Shown here piece after piece: positions 60,201-64,000 of a stretch of 64,000 bases of DNA; the stretch's first letter is position 1; every line of letters starts with the position of its first letter. The notes under the pieces were generated by a model. It worked only from the letters and a program-made list of their open reading frames with translations. It made no database searches and was not told where the DNA came from. The position numbers and the translations under genes are program-made. Origin of the DNA: Bacilli bacterium (GTDB taxonomy: Bacteria; Bacillota_I; Bacilli_A; ML615J-28; CAG-313); the NCBI GenBank assembly GCA_017463365.1, contig JAFTPH010000038.1, positions 329 to 64,328 of the forward strand, in the 5' to 3' direction.

Positions 60201-60393
60201 CAGCATTACTATGTTCTTTTTTCATTTTTTCCAAATACGAATTATAATCATTCGAATTGGCAGTAGTTGTCGTTTCTTGTGGATTGTATGTATAAGTGAT
60301 CGGTTTAGAACCAGTATTGTTAAAAATAACAATTACCGCTACAACAAGCACTAATACAACAAGTGTGACAAGAACAAATCGCTTTTTCTTCAT
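57223..60393 (-). CDS. Large extracellular solute-binding protein with N-terminal CBM-like beta domains
   Basis: N-terminal membrane anchor, two WE.(N/E)VP.(A/D)G.YN modules, then an SBP region (GPDV, P.TWD, FRSGEMP, WEFLKWW). Confidence 0.82.
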   Translation of the reverse strand: MKKKRFVLVTLVVLVLVVAVIVIFNNTGSKPITYTYNPQETTTTANSNDYNSYLEKMKKEHSNAGTPKGVSVSVAGVDYSKSLSELTEEGTLVVYDKDDESLNIKDTDDVNDKLLYTPDKGSVTWEINVPEAGFYNLKLTYYPIKGTSSAIERRLSINGEEMFDKTTTFVFSRVWGNGLDIIELDTSDTNNYLTTIKPEVDTKGNDVKPKQQENPELRTAYFKDDMGYTTEPYMFYFEKGMNTIELDAVKENILIDKLTVESIQEGMSYEEYKASNEGKNVEAGTYSSRVEAEAAISKSSPTLYPQTDRTSSMTYPYEYSATRLNSIGGDSWRVLGDWITWEVEVPADGYYNISLRAKQSTVRGMYSNRIVYIDGEVAFDELKQTIFSYSSDWQLLTLGNEQEKFEFYLTKGTHTITMEVTLGDYAALVEEIEDIVAYLNDLYLEIIKFTTTSPDAGRDYELANRTELNLMKRLETAKTRLETVSKSISDISGTQSDKTGVIDTFVVQLEDFLEDEARSLPSRLGTFSNNISSLGTILADLREAPLMVDYIMVHTPDYELPKANEGFFKGLWDGIVNFFYSFFIDYSTIGAMDTDAEVTETIEVWMTLGRDQANVIRRLADENFTPKTGVQIDLKITGTDVLLKSTLAGIGPDVAINVDSSLPVNYGLRNAVYDISQFEDYEEVAKQFSNSGNALFTFDWGGAEGRNVEVYALPEKELFLMMFVRDDIMEKYGWADKVPNTWDEVIDLVANLQAEQLQFYLPVNDSGATALNPIFVSLLYQMGGELYINDNKETGLLNNVGMEAFETWTEFYTLYSFPSYASFINRFRSGEMPIGIAYYETYNTLSVFAPELRGTWSYYPIPGSYRVDDNGEVYIDHTSVVSGTGAVILRGPAEADESIRDASWEFLKWWTSTETQTLFGQEMEGILGSAARQATANIDALKGLAWPKDDLNQLLKQWGFSEETDSSVVVNGNEVAAFTAANSDGKVYKNVYGVHHMPNIAGSYITGREVENAFREVINNLVNAKETLYEYANNINNEIDRKRGEFGLPLASDEEE

Positions 60394-60394
60394 T

Positions 60395-62218
60395 TTAGTT
60401 GCCTCTTTCTTTCAATTTTTTTAAGATTTCAATTAATTGGTGAAGGCGTAAAGCACTAAACTTATAACCTTCCATTTTATTTCTCGCTTCCCACAGCGTT
60501 TTGTGAACATCTAGATAATTAGTTAAACTGAAAATGCAATTATCTAATGATTCAAGGTATCCATGACCATCAAAATATGCCTTAAGCATCATATTGACGT
60601 CTAAAAGAGTAGTTAATAACTCAATACTTCCAAGAATTTCATTTGTCACTAAAGAATCATCTTTAACAACCCTTTTCTTTAAAGCATCAAATTCTAACGT
60701 TAACGCATAAGCTTCTTCGTTTGATAAAAGATTATACGTCATTTTATTTAAAAAGAAACCTAGTTTATCAGATTCATTTTTAGCACCTTCACTATGAAGT
60801 ATTACACTAAATAGCTTGCTGCCATATGATCTGTAAGCTCCTTCTAAGCGTGTGTAGGTCGATAAATCTAGTATTAGGGTAGCATTAATAACACCTACTA
60901 GTTCTTCTAATACTACTTTTATCAAATACTCTGGACTATTATCAACATTCCAACTACACATAGCTCCATAGATAATTCCCGGATAGCTATATGGTAAATA
61001 TTGTAAATGTCCTAAATCTCCCCAATCTGTTAGTAACATTCCTTCCCCTCCATACGCCCTTGTATAAAAACAAGCATTGCGGATGGTTGTCACCATTTCT
61101 AAATACCTTGAGGTAATTACTCCCCAAGTCGAAGTTGCTGGCGCTGTCGTAAATTTAACATCTAATTCTTTCAGCAATTTCGAATTTTTGTGATACGGAT
61201 AATCTACATTGTATCCCCAATCAACAAAAATAACATCTTTTGGTAGTCGCTTAATTGACTCAGGATGTTTGAGTAAAACGTCTCCCCAAATTAAGGGTGT
61301 TTTACCATGTTTTTTAACATGTTCGTAAAGAGTTAAGAAATAATCAACAAAGACTTCACCTTCACCCTTTTCTAAAACAATGTCTTTACTTTTGCCATGA
61401 CCTAGTTCAAATGGTTCATCAAAATTCATATTGAAGAATTTTGATTTTGTATGTGGTAAGAAATCATCGTATAAACTTTTTACAAACTCAATACTTTTTG
61501 GATTACTAGGATCCAAGGTCGAAGGAGTTCTTTTACTTCCCCACATTTCAAATAAACCATCAACTTCTGAAAGTTCTTTAAATTTATCTTGTAATAACCA
61601 ATCTTGCATATGACCAAAACCATTTTCATTTGGCACTAAATCAATAAAGTGATCATTTGCGTAATCCTCAAGAAGAGCATATTGTTCAAATGTTAAATAG
61701 TTTTTATCAATTAAAACTTCTGGATAAATTGTTGACTCTAAACTAAAACCTTCAACATATAGTTCTAAGTGATTGTACTTTAAACTAGATAGTAAATCAA
61801 TAACTTCTTTAATTGTCTCGATTTTAGGAACTTTTGACCTTGAGATATCCATCATAAATCCTCTAATCTTTAAATCAGGATAATCATATATCTCACAACA
61901 TCTTATTTTAGATTCTTTTAAAGCCAACCATTTCAGGCTCATAACAGCATAAAAAGCTCCCGTATCGGTCGATGAACTAATCACAATTTCTTGTTCATTA
62001 ACCACAATTTGGTAAGCTTCTTCCTTCAAACAATCTATTTTTTTTATTTTTAGAGTTATTTGTTTTTCTGAAGACGGCCATTTGCTTGTTAGTTCACTAA
62101 TTCGCTCTTGCAATCTGGTACTTGTATCAAAGTCATTTTGGATAATTTTTACATCACGCGTGATTTCTAAAAACCCTGGCAAGACTTTATACTGTTTAAG
62201 TATTGGAACCGCTTGCAT
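60395..62218 (-). CDS. GH20-family beta-N-acetylhexosaminidase
   Basis: IYDYPDLKIRGFMMDISR, FGHM, catalytic NFDE, WGD and TDWGD.GH motifs; no signal peptide. Confidence 0.85.
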   Translation of the reverse strand: MQAVPILKQYKVLPGFLEITRDVKIIQNDFDTSTRLQERISELTSKWPSSEKQITLKIKKIDCLKEEAYQIVVNEQEIVISSSTDTGAFYAVMSLKWLALKESKIRCCEIYDYPDLKIRGFMMDISRSKVPKIETIKEVIDLLSSLKYNHLELYVEGFSLESTIYPEVLIDKNYLTFEQYALLEDYANDHFIDLVPNENGFGHMQDWLLQDKFKELSEVDGLFEMWGSKRTPSTLDPSNPKSIEFVKSLYDDFLPHTKSKFFNMNFDEPFELGHGKSKDIVLEKGEGEVFVDYFLTLYEHVKKHGKTPLIWGDVLLKHPESIKRLPKDVIFVDWGYNVDYPYHKNSKLLKELDVKFTTAPATSTWGVITSRYLEMVTTIRNACFYTRAYGGEGMLLTDWGDLGHLQYLPYSYPGIIYGAMCSWNVDNSPEYLIKVVLEELVGVINATLILDLSTYTRLEGAYRSYGSKLFSVILHSEGAKNESDKLGFFLNKMTYNLLSNEEAYALTLEFDALKKRVVKDDSLVTNEILGSIELLTTLLDVNMMLKAYFDGHGYLESLDNCIFSLTNYLDVHKTLWEARNKMEGYKFSALRLHQLIEILKKLKERGN

Positions 62219-62263
62219 TTGTTACCATCTCCTTATGAAAAAATAATACTCTAGTCTTTACTT

Positions 62264-62292
62264 ATTATACCAAAGAAAACGTTTTTCTGCAA
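62264..62292 (-). promoter_or_regulatory. Promoter of the GH20-ABC operon with a cre-like box in the spacer
   Basis: TTGCAG-17 bp-TATAAT with TG extension; AGAAAACGTTTTTCT at 62274-62288. Confidence 0.6.
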
Positions 62293-62353
62293 GTAATATA
62301 TCAATTTTTGTGCAAAATGAAAATAGCATTTTTTTGTTTTCATAAAATTCAGA

Positions 62354-62390
62354 AAAAAATAAGGTGTTAATCACAATAATTAACACCTTT
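62354..62390 (-). terminator. Terminator after the GHL10 gene
   Basis: AAGGTGTTAAT...ATTAACACCTT inverted repeat with a plus-strand A-run. Confidence 0.7.
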
Positions 62391-62401
62391 GTTTTTAGCT
62401 A

Positions 62402-63658
62402 TTATTTTACCCAACGAGCCTTTAATTTAGCAAGTCCAGCATCTTTAACTTCATTTTTACCAGGCACTAAATCATGGTAAGTAAAGAAGATTGTTCCAGC
62501 AATATTATCATGTAAACAATTGAAACATAATTGATTATCAATTTCATCTGGGTTTGCCCAAACTTCATTTGAACCCATTTGATAAATTGCTTGCCCAATA
62601 TATAATGTTGTATTAGTCTTAGCGGCCATTTTAGCCCACCATGCGGCTAAATCATGATAGTTAACATCTTTTCTTTCGAATGGGAAATAAAGTTGTGGAA
62701 CTACATAATCGATCCAACCTTTTTCCATCCAGTAGTAAACATCACTGTAAAGACTTGAATAGCATTCACATACTCCAGTCGCATGGAATGACCCCTCACT
62801 CCATCCATTAGGATCTAAGGCACTATTAGTACGATAGATTCCAAATGGGCTAATTCCAAACATAACTTTCTTTCCAGTTTTGTCAAACGATTTTTTCAAC
62901 CCTTCATGAACACTTTTAATCATCTTATTTACATTGTCGCGACGCCAATCATCAAATGTTCCAACAAAACCATTTTTTACCGCTTCATTAAAATCATCTT
63001 CTTCTAATTCAGAAGGTACTTTCGCATATGGATAGAAGTAATCATCAATGTGAACACCTGTTACATCATAGTTATCAACAACTTCCATAATTGTATCAGT
63101 TACAAACTGAATAACTTTTTTGCTAGCTGGTTTTAAGATAACTTTATTTGTTCCATCTAAAATTGTACAATCAGGATTTAAACGAGCAAAGTTATTTTCT
63201 GATAAAGTATTTAAATACTCTTCTTTTGTCATTTCAAGTTTATCTAAAGCTTCAGTTGAAACACGATATGGATTCATCCAAGCATGAACTTGAATATTGT
63301 ATTTTTTAGCTTCATCAATTACAAATTGTAATACATCAAAACCTGGGTCACGTCCTTCAACCCCAGTAATATATTTACTCCAAGGGTTTAATTTAGAAGG
63401 GTAGTATGCATCATTTGTTGGACGCACTTGGAAGATGATTAAGTTCATATTGTATGAAGCAATATTTTTAATCATATCTACTAAATATTGTTTATAACTT
63501 TCAACATCAACCATTTTAGGAGTATCAATATTAACAACGTTTGATACCCATACCCCACGAACATCACTATCACGATAAGTGTATTCAGGTAGTTCAACTA
63601 CTTCTTGATTACCATAATAATAAACGTATTCTTCACTTGCATATTTTTTTAGTTTCAT
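62402..63658 (-). CDS. Glycosyl hydrolase-like 10 (DUF187/DigH-like)
   Basis: RGVWV, FQVRP..DAYYPS, HAWMNPYR, GVHIDDYFYPY, WRRDNV, FGISPFG and IDYVVPQLY motifs; no signal peptide. Confidence 0.9.
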   Translation of the reverse strand: MKLKKYASEEYVYYYGNQEVVELPEYTYRDSDVRGVWVSNVVNIDTPKMVDVESYKQYLVDMIKNIASYNMNLIIFQVRPTNDAYYPSKLNPWSKYITGVEGRDPGFDVLQFVIDEAKKYNIQVHAWMNPYRVSTEALDKLEMTKEEYLNTLSENNFARLNPDCTILDGTNKVILKPASKKVIQFVTDTIMEVVDNYDVTGVHIDDYFYPYAKVPSELEEDDFNEAVKNGFVGTFDDWRRDNVNKMIKSVHEGLKKSFDKTGKKVMFGISPFGIYRTNSALDPNGWSEGSFHATGVCECYSSLYSDVYYWMEKGWIDYVVPQLYFPFERKDVNYHDLAAWWAKMAAKTNTTLYIGQAIYQMGSNEVWANPDEIDNQLCFNCLHDNIAGTIFFTYHDLVPGKNEVKDAGLAKLKARWVK

Positions 63659-63659
63659 A

Positions 63660-63998
63660 TTATCTTTCCTTCTTTAAAGTTATTATTCCTAACGTTACAA
63701 TACTAATTAAACCAATAATAACCATTGATAATTCTTTTTTACATCCTTTTTCATTTGGAGTAGGTGGAGTTGGATCAGATGGTTCTACTGGTGGAGTTGG
63801 ATTATCAACTTCCACTTTTTCAAAAATCGGATTAACTACTAAATTTTCTGTTACATTATCAAATTCTTGATCCCAACCTACAAACTTATATCCTTCTTTT
63901 GTTGGATCTTCTGGAGCTTTTACGGATGCACCTTCTTCTACTTCAACTATTAATAATACATGTCCATCACCATCAGTAAATGTTACTGTATAAGTAGG
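63660..63998 (-). CDS. C-terminal part of a surface protein with an InlB B-type repeat and GCKK-TM tail (5' end outside the window)
   Basis: Not in the ORF track. Hand translation: PTYTVTFTDGDG...APEDPTKEGYKFVGWD...NPTPPVEPSDPTPPTPNEKGCKKELSMVIIGLISIVTLGIITLKKER*. Confidence 0.85.
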   Translation of the reverse strand, partial: PTYTVTFTDGDGHVLLIVEVEEGASVKAPEDPTKEGYKFVGWDQEFDNVTENLVVNPIFEKVEVDNPTPPVEPSDPTPPTPNEKGCKKELSMVIIGLISIVTLGIITLKKER

Positions 63999-64000
63999 AG

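Noticed and set aside
37735-62218. Reading the locus as chitin or mucin utilisation only (GH20, NagZ, NagB)
   Set aside because: MurQ, AnmK, MupG and NamZ are MurNAc-specific, and no chitinase, sialidase or fucosidase is visible. Dual use is not excluded.
1995-63870. Many short ORFs in the track overlapping long genes (e.g. 1995-2180, 12142-12429, 17282-17632, 35381-35698, 57011-57385, 57792-57998, 58599-58850, 63541-63870)
   Set aside because: They are antisense or off-frame shadows of well-supported genes, with no RBS or recognisable motifs.
1-64000. CRISPR array, tRNA/rRNA genes, transposase, integrase or prophage genes
   Set aside because: I saw no regularly spaced repeats, structural RNA genes or mobility-gene motifs by eye; a dedicated scan was not possible.

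Overview
AT-rich window from a Bacillota (Bacilli-like) genome, probably an uncultured Acholeplasmatales/Erysipelotrichales-type lineage; the taxonomy is inferred from T-boxes, spx/CYTH/opp/trpS gene order and composition. The left third is mostly housekeeping: partial psuG, a surface amidase lipoprotein, pheT-pheS with a Phe T-box, clpP, an RluA synthase, a CYTH protein, spx, an oppABCDF operon and trpS with a Trp T-box. Two small accessory modules sit among these genes: an AbiF-type HEPN gene with an upstream RNA hairpin next to a decayed rhuM remnant, and a HipA/HipT-like kinase paired with a HipS-like/HTH partner. The right ~40 kb (23.9-64 kb, all minus strand) looks like one bacterial cell-wall utilisation locus. 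It holds murQ, anmK, a MurK-like kinase, mupG, namZ, nagZ, nagB, GH20, GHL10, a GlmA-like GNAT, an esterase, three tandem surface phosphodiester glycosidases, a 1.3-kaa stalk-like surface protein and an eight-gene ABC module with NHL, YIP1 and DUF5696 accessory proteins. The main hypothesis is a PUL-like system that detaches wall teichoic acid at its GlcNAc-1-P linkage, imports peptidoglycan glycan fragments and catabolises them in the cytoplasm. Four surface proteins share a C-terminal GCKK-transmembrane-basic tail that may be a sorting signal. All family calls come from motif recognition by eye; no database search was run.
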